Of a DNA stretch of 64,000 nt, positions 29,345 to 38,850 are shown in pieces. Source of the stretch: Vulcanimicrobiota bacterium (lineage in GTDB: Bacteria > Vulcanimicrobiota > Vulcanimicrobiia > Vulcanimicrobiales > Vulcanimicrobiaceae); contig OY968762.1 of NCBI GenBank assembly GCA_963695225.1, positions 1,824,001 through 1,888,000 of the forward strand, in the 5' to 3' direction. The translations under genes were made by a program, and so were the position numbers. Numbering within the stretch: the first letter of the stretch is position 1; each line of letters starts with the position of its first letter. The notes beneath the pieces were generated by a model, which saw only the letters and a program-made list of their open reading frames with translations, was not told where the DNA came from and searched no databases.

Positions 29345-30505
29345 ATGGCGACGCTGCCCGGCGTCCGGGCCACACCGCTCGCTCCGCCGAGCCGGACGCC
29401 GCTCCTGAACATCCTGGATTCGTACATTCTGCGAGAGCTCGCCGCACCGTTCGCGTTCTCGGCCGGCGTGTACATGCTGTTCTGGTTCATCAACATCTTC
29501 TTCGTCGCGGCGGATTACCTGATCAACGCGCATGCGAACGTCTTCTTGATCTTGCGATTTCTGGCGTTTCGCGTGCCGCAATCCGTGCCGATGGCGTTTC
29601 CGTTCGGATGCCTGTTCGCGACCTTGCTCGCGTTCGGGCGCATGTCGGCGGACAACGAAATAACGGCGCTGCGCACGTCCGGCGTCTCGTTCAATCGCAT
29701 CGCGGCGACCCCGCTGCTCGCGGGAGTCTTGGTCTTTCTCTTCACGTACGTCGTGAACGATTCCGTCGTGCCGCGCTCCGTCGAGCTTTCTACGCGCACG
29801 TTCTACCAGATCATCTATCGAACGGAGACGCTCCCGGTAGTTCCGCGCTTCTTCCGCAGGGACGACGCGACCGACCGCGTCTTCTACGTAGGCAACGTCA
29901 TGGACGACCACCGCACGCTCGAGAACGTGATGATCTTCGAGAACGCCACGAACACGCCGTTCCGCCGCGTGACGAACGCGGAGCGCGCGCACATCGACGG
30001 ACGCTCGCTCATCCTCGAGCACGCGCGCGTCACGGTCTTCAAGCGGACGGGCGAGCTCGATAACTCGTTCGTGCAGCAGGACCCGGTCGAGCTTCCCCTT
30101 CCGTTCGCGGAGACTGCGGATCAGTTCCTCAACACTTCGAGCGCCGACCAGAACGCTCTCAACTCCGACCAGCTCCGCGCGCAGATCAAAGCGATGGAAG
30201 CGACGGGTCAAGGCGGGAACGCGCTCGATCTGCTGAAGATCACGCTAGCTCAGAAACTATCGTTTCCCTTCGCTTCGTTCGTTGCCGTGTTGATCGCTTT
30301 GCCTCTCGCCGTCGCTTTCGGCCGTCGCGGCCGCACTCTGGGAATAGCGCTGTCGTTCCTGTTGATGTTCGTATATTACCTGATGCTCTCGGCGGCCGCC
30401 GCGCTCGGCCGAAACGAAGCGATCAATCCCTATCTCGCGGCGTGGATTCCCAACCTGATTCTGGGAATCGTCGGCGCGATCATGATCAGGCGAGTCGGAT
30501 CCTGA
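29345..30505 (+). CDS. LptF/LptG-family permease
   Basis: ILDSYILREL, GRMSADNEITALRTSGVS, KLSFPFA, AAWIPN. Confidence 0.9.
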   Translation: MATLPGVRATPLAPPSRTPLLNILDSYILRELAAPFAFSAGVYMLFWFINIFFVAADYLINAHANVFLILRFLAFRVPQSVPMAFPFGCLFATLLAFGRMSADNEITALRTSGVSFNRIAATPLLAGVLVFLFTYVVNDSVVPRSVELSTRTFYQIIYRTETLPVVPRFFRRDDATDRVFYVGNVMDDHRTLENVMIFENATNTPFRRVTNAERAHIDGRSLILEHARVTVFKRTGELDNSFVQQDPVELPLPFAETADQFLNTSSADQNALNSDQLRAQIKAMEATGQGGNALDLLKITLAQKLSFPFASFVAVLIALPLAVAFGRRGRTLGIALSFLLMFVYYLMLSAAAALGRNEAINPYLAAWIPNLILGIVGAIMIRRVGS

Positions 30506-32997
30506 GCCCGCTGCAGCGCCGCGCCGTCGGTGCCCTGCTCAGCGCCGCGCTCGCGCTGAACGCCTCCCCGCGCGCGCTCGCAGGCTCCCCCGGCGGCATC
30601 GGCCCCGCGAACCGCGCGGCCGACGTCGTGCACCTGCTGGAGAGCGGAAGCTGCGCGGCACCGCCGCGCATGGTCGCGCAGGCCGCCGCGGCGGCTTCGC
30701 CCACCGCGAGCCCCGCGGCGTCCGCAGCCGCAAGCCCCACCGCAAGCCCCACGGCGGTCCCGACGACGACCCCCCAGATCCCGCCGATCCCAGCCGGCCC
30801 CGGGACGCTCTTCCCGCTCCAGCCGCCGGGCAGCCAGACCACCCCGCCCCCGATTCCGACCAGCGCCCCGGTCCCGCAATCAGCCGGTCCGGCCCAGCTC
30901 GTCCAGCCGACCGGAACGCCCGCGCCGCTCGTCCGCCCGAGCCCCGGCCTGACGGCGAAGCCCACCCCGAGTGCAGCTCCCGGCGCGGCGTCGCCGTCGC
31001 CCATTCCCACGCTCGGGCCGAACGAATACGCGATCCTCTTCGATCGCCTCGACGGCACGACGAAGGACGGCGCGCCGGAAGACGTCAGCGGGAACGTCAC
31101 GATCTTCTATCGCGACGGGATGGTCCACGGAGATCGTGCGCACGACGGCGGCGACGGCATCATCCACCTCACCGGGAACACGTATCTGATCAACCAGCGC
31201 AAAGACGCGATCTTCTACGCGGACGAGATCACGTTCAACCGCAAGACGCAGGTGGCGACGCTCGTCAACGGGCGCGGCGAGACGACCGAGGGCGTGGAGC
31301 AGGGGAAGCTCTATTACCGCGCCCGCTCGCTCGAGACCAGGGGCGACGGCGTCAGCCACGGCGAGCGCGCTTGGTTCTCGACCTGCGCGAACCCGCGCGG
31401 CGGATACCACGTCGAGTCCCGCACGCTCGACGTAAAGCCGAACGACCGGCTGATCGCGCGGAAAGCCACGCTCTACCTCGGCGCGCTGGCGGTTCTGTAC
31501 CTGCCGGTGCTCGTCATTCCGCTGCGCGACGTGAAGGATCCGCGCCGCAAGGCAAGCTTCATTCCGGAAATCGGCTACTCGCAGCTCGAGGGCGTCTACG
31601 AGCACGCCCGCATCGGCTTCGGCAACGACCAATACTATTACGGCGTCTACCGCGTCGACTACGCGACCAAGCGCGGGCTCGGGCTCGGGTACATCGGCAC
31701 GCTCACCCGCAAGGACAACCGCCGTCAGACGACGATCGACGCGTACACGATCGACGATCGCATTGCGGGCGCGCGCCAGAACACGCTCAACGTGACCGAC
31801 ACGGAGAACTTCTCCTCGCGCCTGCGCGGTCAATTCGGCGTCAACTACACGAGCAATTTCGGCCCCAACGTCTTCTTGCCGCCGTCCTATGCGGTGAACG
31901 GTTCGCTGATCCACGCGGGCGCGCAGGCCACGGAGAACCTCACGTTCACGCGCAGCATCCAAGGCTCGCTCTACGACTCGTTCAACACGGCCTTCGTCGA
32001 GACGCTGCGCATGGGTCCAGCGCTCTCGCAAGCGTTCAACGTGAGCTACACGAAGTACGGTTCGTCCTATCAGACGACCTCGACGCTCCACCTCAACACG
32101 CTCACGCAGTATACGACGCGCGGGGCCGATTATAGCCTCACGATCGACAAGACCAATTCGGTCACCCCCTCGAACTTCGACAAGCTGCCCGAACTGCAGG
32201 TCACGCCGCACATCTCGCTCGGGCGCTTTCCGATCCAAACGCAGCTGACGCTCGGAGAATACACCGAACAGCAGAACGCGTTCACGACGCAGCGCGCCGA
32301 CATGTTCGTCAGCATCCCGGCGTTCTTTCGGATCCTCCACAACAGCGACGTGACCACGAACCTGACGGTGCGCCAAGATCTGTACGGGACCGGCGACGAG
32401 AAAGCGTTCGTGACGCAACAGGCCTCGATCTCGACTCCCTTCGGCGACCATTTCGTCAACTCGATCACGTACAACGAACAGAACCCGATCGGCCCCGCGA
32501 ACGTCCCGTTCCAGACGCTCGACCGGCTTTCGAGCGGCTCGCACGGCGCCCAGGACGTCCTGCGCATCTACAACAAGGACGTCTACTCGCTCTCGCTCGC
32601 GACCAGCACGTTCTTCAACATGCAGGCCCAGCCCGTCAGCTATCAGTTCTCCTCGCGCCCGTCCCCGCGTTCGGCGCTGATCCTCGGCGGCTACTGGAGC
32701 CCCGGCCCCGGCAACGGTTTCGGCAGTACGAACGTCCAGCTCTGGACGCCGTTCGGCCGCGGGACCGACATCGCGCTGACCACGAATCTCGATTGGAAGA
32801 ACAAGGGGCGGCTCGAGAACAAGAACATCAGCTATCGCAAGATCATCGGCGACTGTTACGATTTTCGCATCAACTACAACGAAGACGTAAAGCAGTTCAG
32901 CCTGACCTTCGATCTCCTCGCGTTCCCGAGCCAGTCGGCGAGTTTCGGCCTCGGCCCTAACACGCGGCCGATCCTCCCGCAGAGTTTCGCCTTCTAA
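30502..32997 (+). CDS. LptD/OstA-like outer-membrane beta-barrel protein
   Basis: Signal peptide, Pro/Thr linker, jellyroll region, FSTC..P..YH motif, FIPEIGYS..G, amphipathic beta strands, C-terminal Phe. Start uncertain (CTG 30502 or GTG 30442). Confidence 0.75.
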   Translation: MSPLQRRAVGALLSAALALNASPRALAGSPGGIGPANRAADVVHLLESGSCAAPPRMVAQAAAAASPTASPAASAAASPTASPTAVPTTTPQIPPIPAGPGTLFPLQPPGSQTTPPPIPTSAPVPQSAGPAQLVQPTGTPAPLVRPSPGLTAKPTPSAAPGAASPSPIPTLGPNEYAILFDRLDGTTKDGAPEDVSGNVTIFYRDGMVHGDRAHDGGDGIIHLTGNTYLINQRKDAIFYADEITFNRKTQVATLVNGRGETTEGVEQGKLYYRARSLETRGDGVSHGERAWFSTCANPRGGYHVESRTLDVKPNDRLIARKATLYLGALAVLYLPVLVIPLRDVKDPRRKASFIPEIGYSQLEGVYEHARIGFGNDQYYYGVYRVDYATKRGLGLGYIGTLTRKDNRRQTTIDAYTIDDRIAGARQNTLNVTDTENFSSRLRGQFGVNYTSNFGPNVFLPPSYAVNGSLIHAGAQATENLTFTRSIQGSLYDSFNTAFVETLRMGPALSQAFNVSYTKYGSSYQTTSTLHLNTLTQYTTRGADYSLTIDKTNSVTPSNFDKLPELQVTPHISLGRFPIQTQLTLGEYTEQQNAFTTQRADMFVSIPAFFRILHNSDVTTNLTVRQDLYGTGDEKAFVTQQASISTPFGDHFVNSITYNEQNPIGPANVPFQTLDRLSSGSHGAQDVLRIYNKDVYSLSLATSTFFNMQAQPVSYQFSSRPSPRSALILGGYWSPGPGNGFGSTNVQLWTPFGRGTDIALTTNLDWKNKGRLENKNISYRKIIGDCYDFRINYNEDVKQFSLTFDLLAFPSQSASFGLGPNTRPILPQSFAF

Positions 32998-33009
32998 GGC
33001 TGCTCCGCG

Positions 33010-33726
33010 CTACGGAGTGTTGAGGATATCGCCGCCGTCGATGGAGGCACCCTGGTTCGAGGGCGGCGTGATGCCGGCGGGGCGCGGTGGAAGGACCGAG
33101 TCGTTCTCCGTCGCCGTATCGACCGTGAGGGCGAACGAGGTGTCGGTTGCGCCGAAGCCGAGCGCATCGAGCGGGATCCCATTGCGATCGGTCGTGATGA
33201 AGTTGATGTTCCAGTAACGCAGCGAGTCGGCGGTGGCCGAGGGCGTCGGGGTGCTCCCCGGGCCCGGCGTCGGCGCGGTCGGCGAGGCGATCGCGAACTG
33301 CGCGCGATCGAACGTCAACGTGAACTCGGTGTTCGAGCCGTTCGTGTTCACTTGCAGCGTGGTGAACGGGGAGACCGGGATCTGGCGGTACGAGAGCCCC
33401 GACGACGATCCCGGGACGAGATAGTACTGCAGCAGCGTCGGCGACGCCGTCGAGCCGCCCGTCGCCGCGCCCACGACGAACGCGAACGAGTAGTTCGTGA
33501 ACGTCGTCCCATAGCCGTTGGCATACGGCTCGGCGCCGTTCCCCGTCGTGTTGAAGACGATGAGATAACTGACGTTGTTGAAATCCATCGGCTTGACCGT
33601 CCGGTAGCGGATGACCATCTTGCCGGCGAGGTTGCTCGGACCGGTCGGATCCGGCGTCACCTGCCGGCCGCACGCGACGGCGACGGCGATCAACAGCGCG
33701 AAGAAGAAGACGGCGGGGAGGCGCAT
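33010..33726 (-). CDS. Hypothetical lipoprotein
   Basis: Lipobox AVAC after a hydrophobic stretch; beta-rich mature part. Confidence 0.75.
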   Translation of the reverse strand: MRLPAVFFFALLIAVAVACGRQVTPDPTGPSNLAGKMVIRYRTVKPMDFNNVSYLIVFNTTGNGAEPYANGYGTTFTNYSFAFVVGAATGGSTASPTLLQYYLVPGSSSGLSYRQIPVSPFTTLQVNTNGSNTEFTLTFDRAQFAIASPTAPTPGPGSTPTPSATADSLRYWNINFITTDRNGIPLDALGFGATDTSFALTVDTATENDSVLPPRPAGITPPSNQGASIDGGDILNTP

Positions 33727-33788
33727 TCGCGCCGTCTTAACCGGACGAGGAGCGAAGTCCCATCGCCGCGGCGAACCGATAGGCCCTA

Positions 33789-35363
33789 GTGAACACCGGA
33801 TCGAGCGTCGCTCCGAACGAAACCGCGCCGAATCCGCCCCGGGTCGATCGCCTCGCCGCAGCCTCGCGCCGCCCAGTGCCTTTACCGGCCGCGGGCGGGA
33901 TCGCGACCTTGGGGGCGCTTGCGATCTCGTTCGCGTTCCCGAAAACCAACCTTGCGTACCTCGCGCCGCTGGGCTTGATCCCGCTGTTCTGGTCCTGGTT
34001 TCGATGCACGCCCGCCCAAGCGTTCGCGATCGGCTGGGTCGCCGGAACCGCCTATTTCTGCGCCGTCCTTTCGTGGGCTGCCGAGACCGCGGGCGCGCTC
34101 GTCGCGCCGTACGGTTTCGCGCTCGTCCTGGCGCCCGCGGTCATCGAGGGCGCGTCGTTCGGCGCGGCGGGCGCGTTGGCGGCACTCGCGCTGCGGCGCG
34201 CGCCGGGTGCGCTCGCGCCGCTCGCCGCAGCCGCCGCGTTCGCGTTATGCGAGTGGTTCCGTTCGACGGGGCCCCTCGGCGCGCCGTTCGGGAATCTCTC
34301 GTACACGCAAGCCGGCGGACCGTTCGCCCCACTCGCCGCCTTTGCAGGCTCCTTCGGCGTCACGTTCGCGCTCGCCGTTGCGGCCGCGTACGTCGCCGCG
34401 CTCGTGCCTCCGGCGTGGTCGTTCGCCGCGCTGCGCAACTGCACGGTCGCGCTCGCGGCCGTGGTCGCGAGCACCGCGCTCGCCTGGTGGGCGTGGCCCG
34501 CTCGTACGCTTCCCGCAGGCCCGGGGACCTCGGTCGCGGTCGTCCAGGCGAACATACGTCAGAGCCTCAAGTGGGTGCCCGGAGCGGCGCCGCTCGCGGT
34601 CGAACGGAACGTCTCGATGACGGAGCAGACGGCCGCTGCGAAACCGCTCTTCGTCCTCTGGCCGGAGACCGTGATCCCGCTCGATTTGAACGCGGATCCC
34701 GAGTTGATGCACCGCTTCCGCGAGCTCGCCCGCTCGCAGAACACGACGCTGATCGTCGGCGCGCGCCAAGCCCGCCGGTCGGCGGGTTTCAATGCGCTCT
34801 ATTTCTTCACACCGGACGGAGGCCTCGCGAACGTCTATCGCAAGCGCCAGCTCGTGCCGTTCGTCGAGACGCTCCCCGCGCCCGATCTGCTCGGGAAAGT
34901 CCCGGGCGCCGAGCTCGTCTCGCGCTTCGGCGAGGGCGATTCCGACGGCGTGCTGCGCATCGGAAACCGGATCGTGGCCCCGCTGATCTGCTGGGAATCC
35001 GCATTCACGGATCTCGCCGTCGAAGACGTGCAGAACGGCGCCGACGTCCTCCTGGTCTCCACGGACGATGCCTGGTTCGGCACGACGGCGGGGCCCTACC
35101 AGCACGCCCAGATCGCGCAGATGCGCGCGATCGAAACCGGCGCGTGGATCGTCCGCGCGGCGGCGACCGGGATCAGCGGGATCATCGCGCCGGACGGCCG
35201 CTACACGGCCGCGACGCAGTTGGAGACGCAAACCGTGCTCACCGGCGAGATCGGCGCGCGCGTCCCGACGGCGTACGCACGTTTCGGTTCGTTCCCGGTC
35301 GCGCTCGGGTTCGCGCTGATCTACCTCGGCGCGCTCCTCGTTCCCAAGCGGCGCGCGGCGTGA
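33789..35363 (+). CDS. lnt: Apolipoprotein N-acyltransferase
   Basis: TM N-terminus; VVQANI, LWPET, YRKRQLVPFVE, LICWES, DDAWFG, RAIETG. Confidence 0.92.
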   Translation: MNTGSSVAPNETAPNPPRVDRLAAASRRPVPLPAAGGIATLGALAISFAFPKTNLAYLAPLGLIPLFWSWFRCTPAQAFAIGWVAGTAYFCAVLSWAAETAGALVAPYGFALVLAPAVIEGASFGAAGALAALALRRAPGALAPLAAAAAFALCEWFRSTGPLGAPFGNLSYTQAGGPFAPLAAFAGSFGVTFALAVAAAYVAALVPPAWSFAALRNCTVALAAVVASTALAWWAWPARTLPAGPGTSVAVVQANIRQSLKWVPGAAPLAVERNVSMTEQTAAAKPLFVLWPETVIPLDLNADPELMHRFRELARSQNTTLIVGARQARRSAGFNALYFFTPDGGLANVYRKRQLVPFVETLPAPDLLGKVPGAELVSRFGEGDSDGVLRIGNRIVAPLICWESAFTDLAVEDVQNGADVLLVSTDDAWFGTTAGPYQHAQIAQMRAIETGAWIVRAAATGISGIIAPDGRYTAATQLETQTVLTGEIGARVPTAYARFGSFPVALGFALIYLGALLVPKRRAA

Positions 35364-35893
35364 AGCGCGCGCTCGTGCTGGGCGGCATCGCGCTCGCGCT
35401 GATCGTCGCCGTCGGCATCGTTCTCGTGGGTCGCGACGAGACGACCTCCCCGCCCGATACGTCGGTCACCTTCGGAAAGGGCCACGCCGAAGGCCGCCGC
35501 ATCGCGACGCGTTCGTGGTCGTGCGATTACGACAAGATCGTCGCGAACGGCGATCAATCTCTCCTGGAAGTCGAGGGCGTTCGCAACGGCGTGATCTACC
35601 GCGAGGGCAAGCCTTACTTGCACTTGACCGCGCAACACTTGACCGCAAACATGCTCACGCACGACTTCACCGCGCACGGGAAGCTGCACGTCGAGAGCGC
35701 CGATCCGAAGAAGCGGCGCGCGTTCGAGACCGATACGCTCGTCTGGAGCGAAGGCGCTCAGACGCTCAGCGTCACGAGCCCGCTCACGTTCTATACGGAT
35801 TCCGGCGAGCCGCTGCACATCGACAGCCTCGTCTTCGACGTCCGCGCCGAGACGCTGCACCTCGGCAAGACGGAAGGCTCGGTCAAGCTGTGA
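35360..35893 (+). CDS. LptC-like single-TM beta-jellyroll protein
   Basis: One N-terminal TM then beta-rich sequence (FETDTLVW); located among lpt genes; GTGA overlap. Confidence 0.6.
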   Translation: MKRALVLGGIALALIVAVGIVLVGRDETTSPPDTSVTFGKGHAEGRRIATRSWSCDYDKIVANGDQSLLEVEGVRNGVIYREGKPYLHLTAQHLTANMLTHDFTAHGKLHVESADPKKRRAFETDTLVWSEGAQTLSVTSPLTFYTDSGEPLHIDSLVFDVRAETLHLGKTEGSVKL

Positions 35894-37482
35894 TCGGGAC
35901 GATCGTCGAAGGCGCGCGCATCTACGACGGGATCTCCGCGACCCCGCGCGAGACCGATCTCGCGATCGTGGGCGACCGCATCGCGCTCGTAGGCGATCTC
36001 TCCGAGCGGGAGGCGCTCGAACGCATCGACGGCCGGGGCCGCTGCTTGACGCCGGGCTTCATCGACGTCCACTCGCACAGCGATGAACTCTGGCTCGTCG
36101 ACGGCCGCTGCGAGGGGAAGATCCTCCAAGGCGTGACGACGGAGATCGCCGGAAACTGCGGGACGAGCGTCGCGCCGTTGCGCGGCCTCGCGCTCGAGCG
36201 AAAACTCGAGGACGTGCGCCGCTACGGCTTCGCTCTCGAATGGGACGATCTCGATACGTTCTTCACGCTCGTCGAGCGCTCGGGCGTCGCGCTCAACGTT
36301 GCGACGCTCGCCGGGCTCGGCACGATCCGCCGCGCCGTGCGGGGCGATCTCGCAGGCCCGCTCGAAGAAGCCGAGGCGAAGGCCGCGCGCGCGCTCGTGC
36401 GCGAAGCAGTCGATCACGGCGCGCTCGGCGTCTCGAGCGGCCTCGTCTACACGCCGGGACGCTTCGCCGATACGGCCGAACTCGTCGCGCTTTGCGCCGC
36501 CGCGCGCGAAGCCGGCGCCCCCCGGTACGCGACGCATCTGCGCGACGAAGGCGACCGCTCGATCGAGGCGGTCGAGGAGGCGCTCGAGATCGGCCGCTCG
36601 GCCGAAGTCGCGGTGCAGTGTTCGCATCACAAGGCCTGGGGCAAGAAGAACTGGGGGAAAGTGCACCGTTCGCTCGAGCTGATCGCTCGCGCGCGCCAAA
36701 GCGGCTTGCCGTGCGCGGCGGACGTCTATCCGTACGTCGCGGCCCAGACCGAGCTCGCGACGATCCTGCCGGCGCAGTTCGCGAGCGGAGGGCGGGAAGC
36801 GACGCTCGCGCGCCTGCGCGATCCCGAGATCGCGCTCGCGCTCTCGCTTCGGCTCGAACTCGAGCGCGGCGACGCCTGGCACGACATCCTGATCTCCTAC
36901 GCGGGGAGCGGCCGCAACGAAGAGTTCGCCGGCGAGCGCCTCGACGAGATCGCGCGGCGCAAGCGCCGTAAGCCGGCCCGCGCGGCGATCGACCTCCTGA
37001 TCGAGGAGAAGCTCGACGTCGAAGCGATCTTCTTCGCGATGTGCGAAGACGACGTGGCGACCGTTCTGAGCGCGGAGTTCAGCGCGATCGGCAGCGACGC
37101 ATCGGCTCGCGCGCTCGACGGGCGCACGGCGCGCGGGGTCCCGCATCCGCGCACGTTCGGCACGTTCCCGCGGGTCTTCGGCCGCTTCGTGCGCGGGCGC
37201 AAGACGCTCGAGCTCGCCGAAGCGATACGGCGCATGACCTCGCTCCCCGCCGAACTCTTCGGCCTCGCCGGGCGCGGGCGGATCGTCCCGGGAGCGTTCG
37301 CAGATCTCGTCCTCTTCGATGCGGAGACGATCGTCGACACGGCGACGTACGAGCGGCCGTACGCGTATCCGCGTGGAATCGACGGCGTCTGGGTGAACGG
37401 CCGCGCGGTCGCACGCGACGGAAAGCCCACCGGAGAACGCCCCGGCCGCGCGCTGCGCGGCGGGCGTGCGAGCCTCGGATGA
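35890..37482 (+). CDS. N-acyl-D-amino-acid deacylase (amidohydrolase)
   Basis: PGFIDVHSHSD, QGVTTEIAGNCG, THLRDEG, SHHK, DVYPY, GSD, HPRTFGTFPR. Confidence 0.9.
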   Translation: MIGTIVEGARIYDGISATPRETDLAIVGDRIALVGDLSEREALERIDGRGRCLTPGFIDVHSHSDELWLVDGRCEGKILQGVTTEIAGNCGTSVAPLRGLALERKLEDVRRYGFALEWDDLDTFFTLVERSGVALNVATLAGLGTIRRAVRGDLAGPLEEAEAKAARALVREAVDHGALGVSSGLVYTPGRFADTAELVALCAAAREAGAPRYATHLRDEGDRSIEAVEEALEIGRSAEVAVQCSHHKAWGKKNWGKVHRSLELIARARQSGLPCAADVYPYVAAQTELATILPAQFASGGREATLARLRDPEIALALSLRLELERGDAWHDILISYAGSGRNEEFAGERLDEIARRKRRKPARAAIDLLIEEKLDVEAIFFAMCEDDVATVLSAEFSAIGSDASARALDGRTARGVPHPRTFGTFPRVFGRFVRGRKTLELAEAIRRMTSLPAELFGLAGRGRIVPGAFADLVLFDAETIVDTATYERPYAYPRGIDGVWVNGRAVARDGKPTGERPGRALRGGRASLG

Positions 37483-38141
37483 ATCTCGGCGATCTGGAAC
37501 CGGCCTGGCGCGACGTCCTGCTCGCGCAAGCGCGGCGCGCGGCCGTCGCGCGCAACGACGCGCTCTATCTCCCCGGCGACGTCGCGCGTTACGTGTACTT
37601 CGTGATGGCCGGGCGGGTGAAGATCGTCCGGACGCTCGCCTCCGGCGCGGAGACGATCGTCGCGATCCGCAAGCCCGGCGACGTCGTCGGAGAGTTCGGT
37701 TGGATGTTCCCGGAAAACCGGCGCGAAACGAGCGCGATCGCACTCGATCCCGGCGAAGTCGCGATCCTCGACGCGGCCCAATTCGAGCGCCTGCTGCTCG
37801 CCGACGTCCTGCTCGCCTGTGCGTTCGCGCGCGGCATCGCGCGCCGCCTCGACGCGCTCGAAATCGAACTGACCGAACTCGCGGGGAAGAGCGTCCCCGG
37901 CCGGCTCGTCGACCTCCTCGGGCGCTTGGCTGCCGAACACGGCGAGTTGGAGGCGGACGGGACCGTGCGCATCGGCATCAACCTCACGCATCAAGATCTC
38001 GCCGACCTGATCGGGACGAGCCGCGAAACGTTGACCCGCGAACTCGGCGTCCTCGCCGACGTCGGGCTCCTACGCGTCGCGCCCCGCTCGATCGTCCTCG
38101 TCCAGCCGCGCGCCTTTCCGAACGCGAGGCGGCGCGATTAG
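37479..38141 (+). CDS. Crp/Fnr-family transcriptional regulator
   Basis: YFVMAGRVKI, GDVVGE, LTHQDLADLIGTSRETLTR; no N-terminal Fnr cysteines. Confidence 0.92.
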   Translation: MNLGDLEPAWRDVLLAQARRAAVARNDALYLPGDVARYVYFVMAGRVKIVRTLASGAETIVAIRKPGDVVGEFGWMFPENRRETSAIALDPGEVAILDAAQFERLLLADVLLACAFARGIARRLDALEIELTELAGKSVPGRLVDLLGRLAAEHGELEADGTVRIGINLTHQDLADLIGTSRETLTRELGVLADVGLLRVAPRSIVLVQPRAFPNARRRD

Positions 38142-38722
38142 CCGGCTCGCGCCGGTTCGCGCTTCGAGCGGAGGTACAGCCACGCCCGGCGCGCGAGCGA
38201 GACGATGAACACGGTCAAAACGATCGCGACGAACGCGCCGAGGATCGGAACGAAGAACGAGATCGCGACGCCCGCGAGCGCGATGCCGTCCTCGATCACG
38301 CTGAGGATCGGGTTGCCGAGGCCGAACGTCATCGCCGTGGAGGCGGCGCGCGCCGTCGCCGATGCGGTGTGGATCCCGAGCGCGTTGCCGGCGCCCAGGA
38401 ACATCGCCGTGTAGAGTCCCGCATCGGGCGTCCCGGCGGGGACCGCGCTCCCGACGAGGATCGCCGCCGCCAGCGGCTTCGTCGCGAAACTGATCGCGTG
38501 CAGCGCGTTGTCGACCGCGGGGATCTTGTCGGCAAAGAATTCGAGCGCCGCGAGCCCCAGGAGCGTCCACATCGTGCCGTCCGCGCCGAGCCAAGCGAAC
38601 GGCGCGGAAGGATGCAGGTAGCCGAAGTGAACCGCGATCGCCGCCAGCGCGAGCGTCATGAACGCGCGCAGACCGACGCTCGTGCTCAGTGCGTAGGCCG
38701 TCGCAAACTGATTACCATCCAC
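38138..38722 (-). CDS. DUF4126-family membrane protein
   Basis: SVGLRAF, LEFFADKIPAVDNALH, NPILSVIED; GTG 38722. Confidence 0.85.
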   Translation of the reverse strand: MDGNQFATAYALSTSVGLRAFMTLALAAIAVHFGYLHPSAPFAWLGADGTMWTLLGLAALEFFADKIPAVDNALHAISFATKPLAAAILVGSAVPAGTPDAGLYTAMFLGAGNALGIHTASATARAASTAMTFGLGNPILSVIEDGIALAGVAISFFVPILGAFVAIVLTVFIVSLARRAWLYLRSKREPARAG

Positions 38723-38850
38723 GAGCCAACCTCGCTTTCGGACCGGCGGCGCCGGGTGCCGTTCCCGGCCTTCTCCGCACTCCAATACCGCGTTCCCAGG
38801 TCTTGAGTTGCAGGCCGAAACGGCGACGCGGGCCGTTTCGTTCTCCGGGC

